Shown: in pieces, positions 35,646-46,200 of the stretch
Layout: the number at the start of each line of letters is the position of its first letter
Position numbering within the stretch: the stretch's first letter is position 1
Assembly: GCA_964434325.1 (NCBI GenBank)
Contig: CAYSUO010000004.1
Coordinates: forward strand, 1,661-65,660
DNA: 64,000 bases
From: an uncultured Ruminococcus sp.
GTDB lineage: Bacteria > Bacillota > Clostridia > Oscillospirales > CAG-272
Direction: 5' to 3'
Made by a program: the position numbers and the translations under genes
Notes under the pieces: generated by a model
Databases searched by the model: none
What the model was told of the DNA's origin: nothing
What the model saw: the letters and a program-made list of their open reading frames with translations, nothing else

Positions 35646-35896
35646 ATTGTTCTCCATTCTGCCGCCTTTCGCGGCCGTAGCGCAAGGCAATAACGGAAAA
35701 TGGCGTTATCGCGCTTCGCGCCGATATCCTTTCGTGGTTGAGCGCTTAGCCGCTCACTTCAATTATATCATCTTGCAAAAATAAGTCAACTCATTTTTTG
35801 AAAAAAATCGCTCTAAAAACTTTTTCGTGTAACATGGCTAAAAGCTTTTGGCAATATTGCACATACGCGTGACGCGCATTTATATAAATTTTTTTA

Positions 35897-35925
35897 TTGA
35901 CTTTTTTTTCGTTGGGTGCTATACT
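35897..35925 (+). promoter_or_regulatory. SigA-type promoter with extended -10 for the ABC pair
   Basis: TTGACT (35897-35902), a 17-nt spacer ending in TGC, then TATACT (35920-35925). Confidence 0.55.
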
Positions 35926-35966
35926 GTATGCGTAATTCAAAAGCCCGCGCGGCAGAATGGAGCGTT

Positions 35967-36680
35967 ATGCTGAAAATCACGAATTTCTCAAAATCCTACG
36001 GCGATAAGAAAGCGGTAGACGACATCACCCTTGAAATCAAAAGCGGCGAAATATGCGCATTCATAGGGCATAACGGCGCGGGGAAAACGACCACGCTCAA
36101 AGCCTGTGTCGGCATACTCTCCTTTGAGGAGGGCACCATCACCGTGGACGGTATCTCCATCAAGGAGCACCCACTCGAATGTAAGCGCCGCTTAGCCTAT
36201 ATCCCAGATAATCCTGAGCTCTATGGCTATCTTTCGGGAATAAAGTATCTGAATTTCATCGCGGACGTGTACGGCGTTTCGGCGGAGGAGCGCAAGAGGA
36301 AAATAGACGACCTCGCGGCGCGCTTCGAGCTCGCGGGTGATCTCGGCTCCCTCATCTCCTCGTATTCGCACGGAATGAAGCAGAAGCTTGCGGTTATCGC
36401 CGCGTGGCTTCATTCGCCGCGCCTCGTTCTTATGGATGAGCCCTTCGTGGGGCTTGACCCGAAGGCGGCGCACACCTTGAAAGAGCTCATGCACGAGCAT
36501 TGCGAGGGCGGCGGAGCTATCTTCTTCTCCACCCACGTTTTGGACGTTGCCGAAAAGCTTTGCGATAGAGTCGCCATCATTAGAAATGGGCGCCTCGTCG
36601 TAACGGGTGCGATGGACGAGGTGCGCGGCAACGAAAGCCTTGAAGCCGTATTCCTTGAATTGGAGGGCGAAAACAAATGA
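35967..36680 (+). CDS. ABC transporter ATP-binding protein (ABC-2 type)
   Basis: Walker A is GHNGAGKTT, the signature is YSHGMKQKL and Walker B is LVLMDEP. The start at 35967 lies inside ORF 35916..36680. Confidence 0.9.
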   Translation: MLKITNFSKSYGDKKAVDDITLEIKSGEICAFIGHNGAGKTTTLKACVGILSFEEGTITVDGISIKEHPLECKRRLAYIPDNPELYGYLSGIKYLNFIADVYGVSAEERKRKIDDLAARFELAGDLGSLISSYSHGMKQKLAVIAAWLHSPRLVLMDEPFVGLDPKAAHTLKELMHEHCEGGGAIFFSTHVLDVAEKLCDRVAIIRNGRLVVTGAMDEVRGNESLEAVFLELEGENK

Positions 36681-38278
36681 TAAAGCTTCTCATAAAAAAC
36701 CGCCTCGTCGGTATTCTTGCGGGCGCGGCGGGTAAGGGGAAGCAAACGGGGAAGAATAGGGGCAACGCGGCCTTCGTCGCCGTCCTTCTCTGCTTCCTCG
36801 TCGCCTGCTTTCTCTTCGTCTCCGCCACTCTCGCTTTTGCTCTGGGCGCGGTGCTCATTCCAGAGGGTGCCTCGTGGCTCTATTTTGCCATCTTCATTCT
36901 CGCGGCGCTCAGCGTACTCTTCGTTTTCAGCATTTTTGAAACGAAGTCCGAGCTCTTCGATTGCAAGGACAACGAGCTCCTTCTCTCAATGCCCGTCTCG
37001 GAGCGCGCCATCGTCGTATCTCGTATCTTCGTCGTTCTCATTATCAATTATTTGACCGAGGCGATAGTCTTTCTCCCCGCCATCATCGTTTACGCTATCT
37101 TTGCCGCGAGCCCCGTCGGCGTCATCGGCGCCATCATCGTCGCCCTATTTATCCCCCTCGTCGCAACGGCGCTCGCGTCGGGCGTCGGCTACCTCGTTGC
37201 CATCGTCGCGCGCCGCTTTAAAAATAACAGCTGGATCTCCTTGGCGATCTCCCTCGGCTTCCTCGCCTTGTATTTCTGGGGCTATAACGCGCTTCTATCG
37301 GGCATCGACGGTTTTTTGGAAAGCTTCGAGCCCGAAAGCCTCGTCGGTAGGCTTAAAGTGCTTGAATTTATAGGCAACGCGGCGCTTATGAAGCCGCTTC
37401 CGCTCGTCGCCTTCGTCGCCGTCTCCGTCGCGATATCGGCGCTCGCCTTCTTCATCATCGAGAAAAACTACATAAGGCTCGCCACGAGCGGCGGCAATAC
37501 GAAGAAGGCGACCGCGAAAAGCGATGCGCGGCGCGGCTCTCGTTCTCCGCTCTCCGCCCTCGTCGCCAAGGAGTTAGGGAAGTTCTTCTCGTCGTCCACC
37601 TATATGCTCAATTCTGCCCTCGGCGGCATACTCGCCGTCGTCGCGTCCATCACGGCGCTCGTCGAGAGGGAAGAGCTCTTCGCCTTAGCCGCCGAGCTAC
37701 TTCCCAATGCGGAGCCCGCCGCCGTCTTAGCCCCCGTCTTGTCCGTTCTCATTGTCGCTATCTCAACGGTGAGCAATTCAATGAGCGCTTCGGCGCTCTC
37801 ACTGGAAGGGAAAAACCTTTGGATTATGAGAACGCTTCCCGTCGACGAACGGACCCTGCTTCTCTCCAAGGCGCTCCCTCAAATGATAGTGAGCGCGCCC
37901 TTCTCCCTCGTCTCGTCGGTGCTTCTGATAATCGCAACGGGCGCATCGCCGCTCTACGGCATATTCCTGCTCCTAACGCCCGCCGTCGCGTCGGTATTTT
38001 CCGCCTTCCTCGGGCTCAGCTTCAACGTGCTGTCGCCGCGCTTCGATTTTGACAACGAGGCGCAGCCCATCAAGCAGTCGCTCCCCGTGTTTCTCACCAT
38101 GCTGTCGGAAATGCTCATCGCCGCCGCCGTCACCTTCCTCGTCGTTATAATGACGCTCGTAGGGCTCGGGCTCGCCGCCTCCTTCATCGCCTTCGGCCTC
38201 TTCGCGGCGCTCTCCGTCATCTTTGGCTTCGTGGCTCTGGGCCCGTGCGCTAAAAAATGCGCCGCCATCTCCGTTTGA
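36677..38278 (+). CDS. Large multi-TM permease partner (putative ABC exporter family)
   Basis: The ATGA overlap with the ATPase gene suggests translational coupling. The protein is 533 aa with 10 or more hydrophobic segments. Confidence 0.7.
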   Translation: MIKLLIKNRLVGILAGAAGKGKQTGKNRGNAAFVAVLLCFLVACFLFVSATLAFALGAVLIPEGASWLYFAIFILAALSVLFVFSIFETKSELFDCKDNELLLSMPVSERAIVVSRIFVVLIINYLTEAIVFLPAIIVYAIFAASPVGVIGAIIVALFIPLVATALASGVGYLVAIVARRFKNNSWISLAISLGFLALYFWGYNALLSGIDGFLESFEPESLVGRLKVLEFIGNAALMKPLPLVAFVAVSVAISALAFFIIEKNYIRLATSGGNTKKATAKSDARRGSRSPLSALVAKELGKFFSSSTYMLNSALGGILAVVASITALVEREELFALAAELLPNAEPAAVLAPVLSVLIVAISTVSNSMSASALSLEGKNLWIMRTLPVDERTLLLSKALPQMIVSAPFSLVSSVLLIIATGASPLYGIFLLLTPAVASVFSAFLGLSFNVLSPRFDFDNEAQPIKQSLPVFLTMLSEMLIAAAVTFLVVIMTLVGLGLAASFIAFGLFAALSVIFGFVALGPCAKKCAAISV

Positions 38279-38343
38279 CCGAGTAATAAAAAGCTCTCCC
38301 TGTGAGATACTAAGCTTGATATCTCGTAGGAAGGAGCTTCACC

Positions 38344-39387
38344 ATAGAAAAAGCTTTAAGGCGAGCGCCGCCGCTTTTCCGCTTTGCGGCGCTCCTCTCC
38401 CTCTTTTCGTTTTCGGCGTGCCTCGTCGCCCGCCAAAGCTCCGCGGCGGCGGGCTGGTTGGAACGCAAGCTATGCGCCCCCGTTCGCACGGCGCCTCTTA
38501 TCGTCTCCGAGCTTTTCGATTTCTCGCTCTTCGAGCTCTTGGTGGTGGCGTCGCCCTTCCTCGTGTTCGCCGTCATTTTGTACGCTCTCCGTGGATTTGA
38601 ATCACCGAGCGAGCGCCGCCGCCGCTTTCTCACCCTCGTTGCAGTCCTTCTCATCGTCGCCTCCCTCGCCGCCTTGGCGCTCGGCATTCCTGGGCAGGTG
38701 AGCGCCCCCGCGGTAAGTCCCGTTAGTAGTGCCACCGTCGCCGCCACCGCCCGCTATCTCGCGGAGCGCGTCGCAGCCACCGTCCCCGAGGAGGGCTTCA
38801 CCTCGCTCGACGAGGGCTGTCGCCTCGTCTTTTCCGCCTATTCCGAAATGCAGGACGCGCGCCTAACGCTAACTCCGCGTATGCCGCGCCCGAAGCGCTT
38901 GCGCGCCTCCTTCGCCGCCTCGCGCCTCCATATCCTCGCGCTCTATTCGTTCCCGACGGGGGAGATCAATATCAACGTCTCAGCCCCCGAATATACGCAC
39001 GTTTTTTCCGCGGCGCACGAAATGGCGCACCTCTTCGGCGTGTCCGACGAGGGAGTCGCCGACCTCTTCGCCTTTCGCGCCGCCGTCGCAACGGGGGAGC
39101 TCTCCATTATGTATGGCGCCTATCTCACCGCCTTCGGGTGCGTCGCCGCCGCCCTCGCGCAAACGGACGGCGCCCTGTATCGCGAGCTCTACGCCTCGCT
39201 TCCCGAGGCGGCGCGCCTCGATATGCGCTCCTATTTTGAATTTTGGAGTGAGAATCGCGGCGCCGCGTCGGAGACATCGGATAGGCTGAACGCGGTGCTC
39301 ACGGAAGCCTCGGGCTCCCTCGGCTATTCGGGCTTCGTTCCGCTTCTTGCGGAATACCTCGTGGAGTGCGGAGCCGTCACCCCGTGA
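38344..39387 (+). CDS. DUF3810-family membrane protein with an HEMAH zinc-protease motif. The start is probably non-canonical (ATA).
   Basis: ORF track gives 38458..39387 with a TTG start. The frame is open from 38320 and encodes a plausible N-terminal TM (LFRFAALLSLFSFSACLVA). AGGAAGGAG lies 7 nt before ATA 38344. There is no ATG, GTG or TTG between 38320 and 38458. Confidence 0.55.
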   Translation: MEKALRRAPPLFRFAALLSLFSFSACLVARQSSAAAGWLERKLCAPVRTAPLIVSELFDFSLFELLVVASPFLVFAVILYALRGFESPSERRRRFLTLVAVLLIVASLAALALGIPGQVSAPAVSPVSSATVAATARYLAERVAATVPEEGFTSLDEGCRLVFSAYSEMQDARLTLTPRMPRPKRLRASFAASRLHILALYSFPTGEININVSAPEYTHVFSAAHEMAHLFGVSDEGVADLFAFRAAVATGELSIMYGAYLTAFGCVAAALAQTDGALYRELYASLPEAARLDMRSYFEFWSENRGAASETSDRLNAVLTEASGSLGYSGFVPLLAEYLVECGAVTP

Positions 39388-39635
39388 GATTTTTCTTCCG
39401 ATTTAATTGCTCATTTAATTGCTCAAATGTCAATGTAATATATAACGACCACACGTCAGTCAAAATAGATAAGCCTATCAGCTTCATAGAAAAAGCTTTG
39501 CACCGATAGAGGCTTGCACGACGAATGAGCCACCTTGCCCCACTTCATAGAAAAGCTTTGCGCCCCGCGAGATAAGCCCTGTGGCATTCTTCTCGCGCTC
39601 CGAATAAACTGTAAAAAACGTTTTCGGAGTTTCAA

Positions 39636-40874
39636 ATGGCAAAAAGCTTTATAATAAACGGCGGGAAGCCGCTTTGCGGCACCGTCACCGTAAGCGGCGC
39701 GAAGAACGCCGCTCTCCCCCTCATCTTCGCGAGCCTCGCGCTTCACGGCGTGTCCGTCGTTTCGGGCGTTCCTGATATAATCGATGTGCGCGCCGCCGTG
39801 GAGCTCGTCTCCTCGTTCGGCGCACGGGTGAGTCGCGCGGGCTCCACCCTGACGATAGACGCCAGAAGCGTCTCCTACATAGCTCCCGATAAGCGCCAGA
39901 CCGAGCGCATACGCGCCTCCACCTACCTGATAGGCGCCTGCCTTGCGCGCTTCGGGCGCGCCCCACTTCCAGAATGTGGCGGTTGCGATTTTTCCGCGCG
40001 CCCGATAGATATGCACGTGGCGGTGGCAGAAGCACTCGGTGCAGAGCGGCGAGGCACCGAGCTCCACGCCAAAAGGCTCGTCGGCACAGACCTTCACCTA
40101 CGCTATCCCTCCGTGGGTGCCAGCGTCAACGCGGCACTCGCGGCAATCGGCGCCCGCGGCATAACGCGGATATATAATTTCGCGCGCGAGCCGCACGTCG
40201 CGGCGCTTTTCGATTTTCTTGAAAGCGCGGGCGTCGTGGTGCGAAGGCATGAGGAGTACATCGAGATAGAGGGCGGCGCGGAGCACGGCGGCTTCGCCAC
40301 CGTCATTCCCGATATGATAGAGGCGGGCACCTATCTCGTCGCCTCGCTGATAACCTCGTCGCCCTTCCTCATTCGCGGCGCCAACGTCGGTGAGCTGGAA
40401 GCCCTTCTTCGCCCCTTAGCGGCGGGTGGCACCGCCTTCTCCCTAACGCGGGATGGCATTACCCCGTGCGGCTCCCTCACGGCACCCGTGTCAATTAAAG
40501 CAGAGCCCTACCCAGGCTTTCCCACGGATATGCAGCCGCAGCTCGCAGCTCTCCTCGCCGTCGGGGCGGGCGGCACCGTTAGAGACGCGGTGTTCCCCGC
40601 GCGCTTCGGCTATCTTTCCGAGCTGGCGCGCTTCGGCGTGCGCCACGAGCTCGTCGGCGCCGAGGCGCGCATCATGCCCTCCGTGCTTCGCCCCGCGCGT
40701 GCCGCCGCCCTCGATATTCGCGGCGGTGCGGCGGTGCTTCTCGCCGCATTGGCGGCGGAGGGGGAGAGCATTATCGGCTCCGCCGAAATAATAGAGCGCG
40801 GCTACGAGCGCATCGCCGAAAAGCTCGCGGCTCTCGGCGCGGACATACGTTCCGTCGAAAATGATGACGTTTAA
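39636..40874 (+). CDS. murA: UDP-N-acetylglucosamine 1-carboxyvinyltransferase
   Basis: 412 aa. Diagnostic strings are GAKNAALP...CGGCDFSARPIDMH (active-site Cys present)...GFPTDMQ. Confidence 0.88.
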   Translation: MAKSFIINGGKPLCGTVTVSGAKNAALPLIFASLALHGVSVVSGVPDIIDVRAAVELVSSFGARVSRAGSTLTIDARSVSYIAPDKRQTERIRASTYLIGACLARFGRAPLPECGGCDFSARPIDMHVAVAEALGAERRGTELHAKRLVGTDLHLRYPSVGASVNAALAAIGARGITRIYNFAREPHVAALFDFLESAGVVVRRHEEYIEIEGGAEHGGFATVIPDMIEAGTYLVASLITSSPFLIRGANVGELEALLRPLAAGGTAFSLTRDGITPCGSLTAPVSIKAEPYPGFPTDMQPQLAALLAVGAGGTVRDAVFPARFGYLSELARFGVRHELVGAEARIMPSVLRPARAAALDIRGGAAVLLAALAAEGESIIGSAEIIERGYERIAEKLAALGADIRSVENDDV

Positions 40875-40988
40875 CGCTTAAAGTAAAGAAAACTTTACGT
40901 GATACACGTTTTTTCGCGAGAAGCCAATAAACGAAAAAACCGCCAAAAGAAAAACAAAAAGCCGCAAAGCGGCAAAAGGAGATACATA

Positions 40989-41834
40989 ATGAAAAGAATT
41001 TTAACCGTTCAAGACATTTCCTGTGTCGGCAAATGCTCGCTCACCGTCGCCTCCCCCATCATCTCGGCGGCAGGCGTCGAGGCGTGCGTGCTCCCCACCT
41101 CCGTCCTCTCAACGCACACCGCCTTCCCGCGCTTCACCTTTCGTGACCTCACGGACGAGATAAGCCCCATTGCCGACGCGTGGCGCGAGCTCGGCATCAG
41201 CTTCGACGCGATATACACGGGCTACCTCGGCTCCTTCGAGCAGTTGAAGCTCATGGAGCGCCTTTTCTCCGAGTTCAAGGCGGAGCGGGGCACCGTCCTC
41301 ATCGACCCCGTCATGGCGGATAACGGCGCGCTCTACAAGGGCTTTACCGAGGAGTTCGCCCAAGCCATGGCGCACCTTTGCTCAAAAGCCGACATCATCG
41401 TTCCCAATCTCACCGAAGCCTCATTTATGCTCGGTATCCCCTATAAGCCCGACTACGACGAGCCCTACGTGAAGAACGTCCTCAAACGCCTCACCGCCCT
41501 CGGTTGTCGCCGCGCCGCCATGACGGGTATAGGCTTCTCCGAAAACGAGATCGGCGTCTACGCCTACGATAGCGAGAGCGATAGCTATTTTAAGTATTTC
41601 AACGAGCGCCTTCCCGTTTCCTATCACGGCACAGGCGACGTGTACGCCTCCGCCCTTCTCGGCGCGCTCATGCGCGGCGTCGGCGTCGAGGCGGCGCTCT
41701 CCATAGCGGTGGACTTCACCCTGGAAGCAATGCGGGAGACCGCGAAGGACGAAAATCGCCGCTTCTACGGCGTGAATTTTGAATCCGCAATCCCATTCTA
41801 CGTAAGAAGCCTTGAAGAAAAAATAAACCGCTAA
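40989..41834 (+). CDS. pdxK: Pyridoxal/pyridoxamine kinase
   Basis: MKRILTVQDISCVGKCSLTVASPI...GTGDVYAS is the ribokinase-fold PdxK type. The start at 40989 follows AAAAGGAGATACATA. Confidence 0.85.
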   Translation: MKRILTVQDISCVGKCSLTVASPIISAAGVEACVLPTSVLSTHTAFPRFTFRDLTDEISPIADAWRELGISFDAIYTGYLGSFEQLKLMERLFSEFKAERGTVLIDPVMADNGALYKGFTEEFAQAMAHLCSKADIIVPNLTEASFMLGIPYKPDYDEPYVKNVLKRLTALGCRRAAMTGIGFSENEIGVYAYDSESDSYFKYFNERLPVSYHGTGDVYASALLGALMRGVGVEAALSIAVDFTLEAMRETAKDENRRFYGVNFESAIPFYVRSLEEKINR

Positions 41835-41883
41835 AAAGAGCTTGCGCGAAAGCACTCCGCGATATTCTTCGGGGAAAGTAAAG

Positions 41884-42045
41884 CGGCTGTCGCATTAGGC
41901 AAAGCCAAACGAAAACGGTAGAAGTAAAGAAAGATCTCTGCTTCTACCGTGTTTTTTCGGTAAACCAAGTTTAAACCCAAGGTTAAAATTAAGGCCAAAG
42001 TCAAGGTTAAAACCAAGCTTAAAACCTACGGCTTTTCTTGAAAGC
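41884..42045 (+). repeat. Dispersed palindromic terminator element, copy E
   Basis: GGCTGTCGCATTAGGCAAAGCCAAACGAAAAC, then the core hairpin, then reiterated AAGGTTAAAA(C/T) blocks. Confidence 0.85.
41917..41957 (+). terminator. Intrinsic terminator inside element E (ends pdxK)
   Basis: GGTAGAAGtaaagaaagatctctgCTTCTACCgtgTTTTTT. Confidence 0.8.
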
Positions 42046-42088
42046 CTTACTTTTATGAGATACCAATTTGAGCTTTGCGTCGGAAAGG

Positions 42089-42493
42089 CTATCTTCTCTT
42101 TCTCTCCTTTCTTCGCGCCGCGAAGGCGGCGAAGAGCAGAGAGATTGCCAGATAGCAGAGGATATTCATAAGCGCCGCTCCACCGAGGCGCCCGTTTCCT
42201 ATCAGGGAAACGATGAGTATCAGCGCGGCAACAATAAGCGCCGAGAGCGCCGCGCTTGCAAAGCCGCCCGAGCCCCTGTACCGAACGGTCAAGAACGAGC
42301 TTATTGCCCCCGAAAGCAATAGGCAGGCGAGGCTCGCTCCGCCTATCGCACCGAGCGGGTCTCCAAGCCTTGCGAGTATAAGGGCGAATATCAGCGTGAG
42401 CACGAGCGTTGCCGCAATAGCGGTGAGAGTACCGAAAATGAGCGCCGCTCCGCCGCTCCTTCTTCTTTCATAAGGTAAAACGTGTTTTTTCAT
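42089..42493 (-). CDS. Small 4-TM membrane protein (possibly TIGR04086-like)
   Basis: The start MKKHVLPYE at 42493 lies inside ORF 42089..42571. It is Gly/Ala/Leu-rich with TM helices and sits downstream of yajC. Confidence 0.55.
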   Translation of the reverse strand: MKKHVLPYERRRSGGAALIFGTLTAIAATLVLTLIFALILARLGDPLGAIGGASLACLLLSGAISSFLTVRYRGSGGFASAALSALIVAALILIVSLIGNGRLGGAALMNILCYLAISLLFAAFAARRKERKRR

Positions 42494-42580
42494 ATAACCC
42501 CCATTCACCGCCGAGGGCGGTAAGCTTTGCGTGAAGGCGGGGCGCACCCCGCCTGCCGCCAGGGGCCTCAAAGGGCTTTG

Positions 42581-42634
42581 CTCGAAAAAGAGCTCCGACG
42601 GCTAATAAAGCCTATTCGGAGCTCTTTCGTTTTA
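42581..42634 (-). terminator. Terminator after yajC
   Basis: AAAGAGCTCCGA (42587-42598) pairs with TCGGAGCTCTTT (42616-42627). T-runs flank it on both strands. Confidence 0.75.
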
Positions 42635-42640
42635 TGCCTA

Positions 42641-43057
42641 TTATGCGTTTTCGTTCGTTTCGCTTGCTTCGGGCGTAGCCGTCGCTTCCACTTCGGTCTC
42701 GGGCTTCGCCGCCTCCGCGTTAGCTTCCATTATCTGTGCCGCCGCGTCCGCAATCTTAACGTCGATGCTTCTGATGGCGCCCTTCAAAAAGCGTATCTTC
42801 GTCTTGTCCTTAGTGGTTTCAAGAACGAAGGTGTCTCCCTTTATCGAGGAGACCTTGCCAATGATGCCGCCTATCGTCGTCACCTCGTCGCCAACCGCGA
42901 GCTCGTCTCTCATCTTTTGCTCCTCTTGCGCCTGCTTCTTCTGCTTGCGCGACATAAGGATCCAAACGCCCACGATGAGCGCTATCATAACTATCCAAAC
43001 GATAGCGCTGGTCCACGGGTTGCCGTCAGTTTCCAGCAAAAAGCCAAAATTAAACAT
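42641..43057 (-). CDS. yajC: Preprotein translocase subunit YajC with an acidic C-terminal tail
   Basis: Diagnostic string is ILMSRKQKKQAQEEQKMRDELAVGDEVTTIGGIIGKV. Confidence 0.85.
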   Translation of the reverse strand: MFNFGFLLETDGNPWTSAIVWIVMIALIVGVWILMSRKQKKQAQEEQKMRDELAVGDEVTTIGGIIGKVSSIKGDTFVLETTKDKTKIRFLKGAIRSIDVKIADAAAQIMEANAEAAKPETEVEATATPEASETNENA

Positions 43058-43121
43058 ATTTCTCCATTCCGTGCCTCAGCACTTTTGTTGTTGCTTGCAT
43101 TCCCGCAAGATTATCGCTAAT

Positions 43122-43150
43122 ATTATACACGATATTTTTTAACATTTCAA
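43122..43150 (-). promoter_or_regulatory. SigA-type promoter of yajC
   Basis: Minus strand reads TTGAAA, a 17-nt spacer, then TATAAT. On the plus strand these are 43145-43150 and 43122-43127. Confidence 0.55.
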
Positions 43151-43203
43151 GAACTTTGTATAGATTTTCCTTTAATATCGCCGAATATCGCCCGCCTCGC
43201 GAG

Positions 43204-46200
43204 TCAGACCGTTTCCCCCGCGATAAGAGCCTCGTCGGAGCGCGCCGCGCGCCGCTTCGGCTTCTTTTGCGCCGTCGGCTTCGCTCTCTCCGCCGCCGCC
43301 GCTATCGTGCGAATGACTCTTTGCGGGTAGAGCCACCAGTCGCGGCACCAAACTCTGATGAGCGTCCAGCCGCGCGCTTCGAGGAACTTCGGCTTGTAAA
43401 CGTCGCGCTCCATCACCGAAGCCGAGCCCTGTATCGCGTCGCGATCGAGCTCAACGCCGACAAGGTAGCGGTCGGTCTCCTCGTCGTATATCGCCAGCGA
43501 TATGCGGCTGTTACGCTCGCCCAAGGCGATGTCCACGGTGTAGCCGAGCTTTTCAAGCCGCTCCTTCATCTTTTCCTCAACGGGCGTCGGCGGCTTCAAA
43601 AGGGGCGCGGGCTCCGCTTTGTCGCCTGCTCCGTCAATATCCCCGAGTATCGCGCACACCTCCTCGGCATTCCCCGCCGCCACGGCGCGCACGTACATAA
43701 GATATTTTTTGAGTAGCTTCGGTCCGAGATTTTTGGAGCCCTCAACGCGCAAAGCCTCGGGCTCAATGCTCGTAACAACGATTATCTTCGATTTTGCTCG
43801 CGTTATCGCAACGTTGAGGCGATTTTCTCCCCCCTCCGCCGAAAGCGAGCCGAAGCTCGTGTAAACTCGCCCGTCCGCGTTCTCCGCGTAGCCTATCGAG
43901 AAGATGATTATATCGCGCTCGTCGCCCTGAACGTTTTCAAGATTCTTGATGAATATGCTCGTGTCCTCGCCGTTGTCCTCGCGCCGCGATTCTTTGAGGA
44001 TGAACGAGCGAAATTCGGGCGAGCGCGCCGCCTCCCTGTCCATCGCGTCCGCAATGCAGGACTGTTGCTCACTGTTAAAGGTGATTATACCTATGCTCTC
44101 GTTGTTCTTCCTCGTCGCCGCGATCTCGCCAAGGAGCTCCACCACCTTTTTTGCCTCCGCCTCGTTGCGGCGGTCTATCCATTTCCCCGCCACCTTGTAG
44201 CGCTCTATCGGGCGCTCCTTCAAGTTGCGCGAAATGTTAGGTGCGATTTGAAGCGTCCCGTCGTAAAAAGCGTGATTCGAGAAGTCGATAAGCTCGCGGT
44301 GCTTACTTCTGTAATGGTAAACGAGGTTTGCGCTGTCATAGCGGGAAACGGCGAGGTCAAGCAGGCTGTCAACTTCAAGCGCCGCCTGCATAGCAGGGTC
44401 GTCTTGCCCGTCGGGGTCAGCCCCGAGATAGCGCTTCATAAACGTTGCCGACGGGCGAAGCTGCTTCGCGTCTCCCGCAACAACTATGTTGGCGCCCCTG
44501 AATATCGTCGGTATCGTGCTTTCGATAAAGACCTGCGATGCCTCGTCGAAAATAACCACGTCGAAAAGATTCTTCGTCAGCGGTAAAAGGTTTGAAACGT
44601 TTTCGGGGGAGAGAAGCCAGCAGGGGAAGAGCTCCAAGATAAATTCGCCGTAGGCGTCCATGGTGCGTCTTATCGGCCAGAATTTCTGCTTCTTCGATAT
44701 CTGGTGCAGATAGTCCTTGTTGTTGTCCGCCGCCGCGTAAAGCTTCGCGTATTCGAGCCCGCATTTTCCCGCCGTTATCTCCGCGGCAACGTGCGTCTGC
44801 TCGTCGAGTAGCTTTGATATGCGCCCCGTCACGTTGGCGAAGTCCACCGTCTTCGCCAGCTCCTCCTTGCAGATATCCTCGTATCTTATCACCTCGTGAT
44901 AAATGCGTATTTCAAGGAGCTTGTCGATAACGTCGAGATAGCCCTGGAAGCTCTTGCTCGCCGTGTAGGCAAAGTTCAAGAGCAGTATCTTGTTCTGGTC
45001 GAGGCTTTCCAAGAGATTGTTGACGTCGCGCTGAGCGATATAGTTGTCGAGTGCGTCGTAGACCAGCTTTATGTACTGCGTGTTTCCACGCAGGATATTG
45101 TCGATGACGGCAACGTAGCCGTCGTCGCTCAAAACCCTGTGTAAGCAGTCGTATTCCGCCACAAAGGCTTCAATCGCGTCCAGCGTTTCGAGGAAGCTCT
45201 TCTTTATCCCGTCAAAAGCTCGGCGCGCCGCGCGCCCCTCGCCAAACTTTATTCGCGCCTCCATGCGCACTATCTCGTCGAGATTTTCCTCGTTTGAAAG
45301 CTCCCCGTAGTACGCCATTATCTGCCGATAATACGGGAACTTCGCCGTGCTGAAAAGCCCCTTCTTCGATTTCTGTATTTCAAGGAGCGCCGTCTTCACC
45401 TCGCCCAGCGTCAAAATATCTATCTCGGGCTGCATGTGGTCGATGAGCGGATTCTTCTCCTTCGCCTGCATGAAGTTGTAATACATTTTTTCGAGGCTCT
45501 TCGATTTTATAACGAAAAGCGCCTCGGTCAGCTCTCGGTAATCCAGCGCCATCAGTGCGCGGTTCTCGCACATCCTCGTGTATATCTCGTATTCCACCGA
45601 GCTCTGCGAGAGCATCGTCGAGCTCGCGTACATCTCCGAGAGCGAGAGCCCGAAGGGGCGCTTCTCGTTCAGCACCCTGTATATGTCGTTGAGCTTTTCC
45701 TCCTCGCTTCGTATCCGCCTCGCAATGTCCGTGTAGCGCGCCTCCGCGTCCGCCGTCCCGTCTTCCGTTATGCTCTCCCGCGCCTGGTGCGCCGCTAAGC
45801 ACTTCGCGTAAAACTCGCGCTTCTCCTTGCTTTCGTCGTTCACGTACATCGCGCGGTCGGTCAGCGTTCCCAGCCTGTTGTAAACGACGTCGAGCGCCGC
45901 CTTCTTCTGGGAAACAACGAGAACGCGCTTCTTCTTGCACACCGCGTCGGTGATTATATTAACGATGGTTTGCGATTTTCCCGTCCCAGGAGGTCCGTAT
46001 ATAACAACGTTGCCCTTTTCGTCAACTTTTTTGACGACGTTCGATTGAGCGTAGTCCAGCTTCTTGACAAGGTAGCTGTATCGCTCCCCCTCGCGCCTTG
46101 CGCGCCGCGCCCTTCTTTTCGGCTTGCGCCGCCGCGCCTTCGCCGTCCTCAAAAGCTCGTCTATCGCGTCATTCGTCAGCTTGCGCTTTTCCAAAAGGGA

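Noticed and set aside
34080-35693. 537-aa plus-strand ORF, the longest unexplained ORF in the window
   Set aside because: It is fully antisense to the beta-helix gene. Its composition is Val/Arg/Ala-rich, as is typical of the reverse frame of a GC-rich gene, and it has no SD. The same reasoning rejects 3705..4451(-), 6013..7062(-), 8597..9358(-), 9964..10707(+), 15782..16642(+), 18729..19508(+), 20465..21214(+), 27519..28418(-), 31108..32052(+), 33141..34052(+), 39456..40097(-), 49244..50269(-), 51575..52543(-), 58694..60100(+), 61372..62076(-) and 63035..63670(-).
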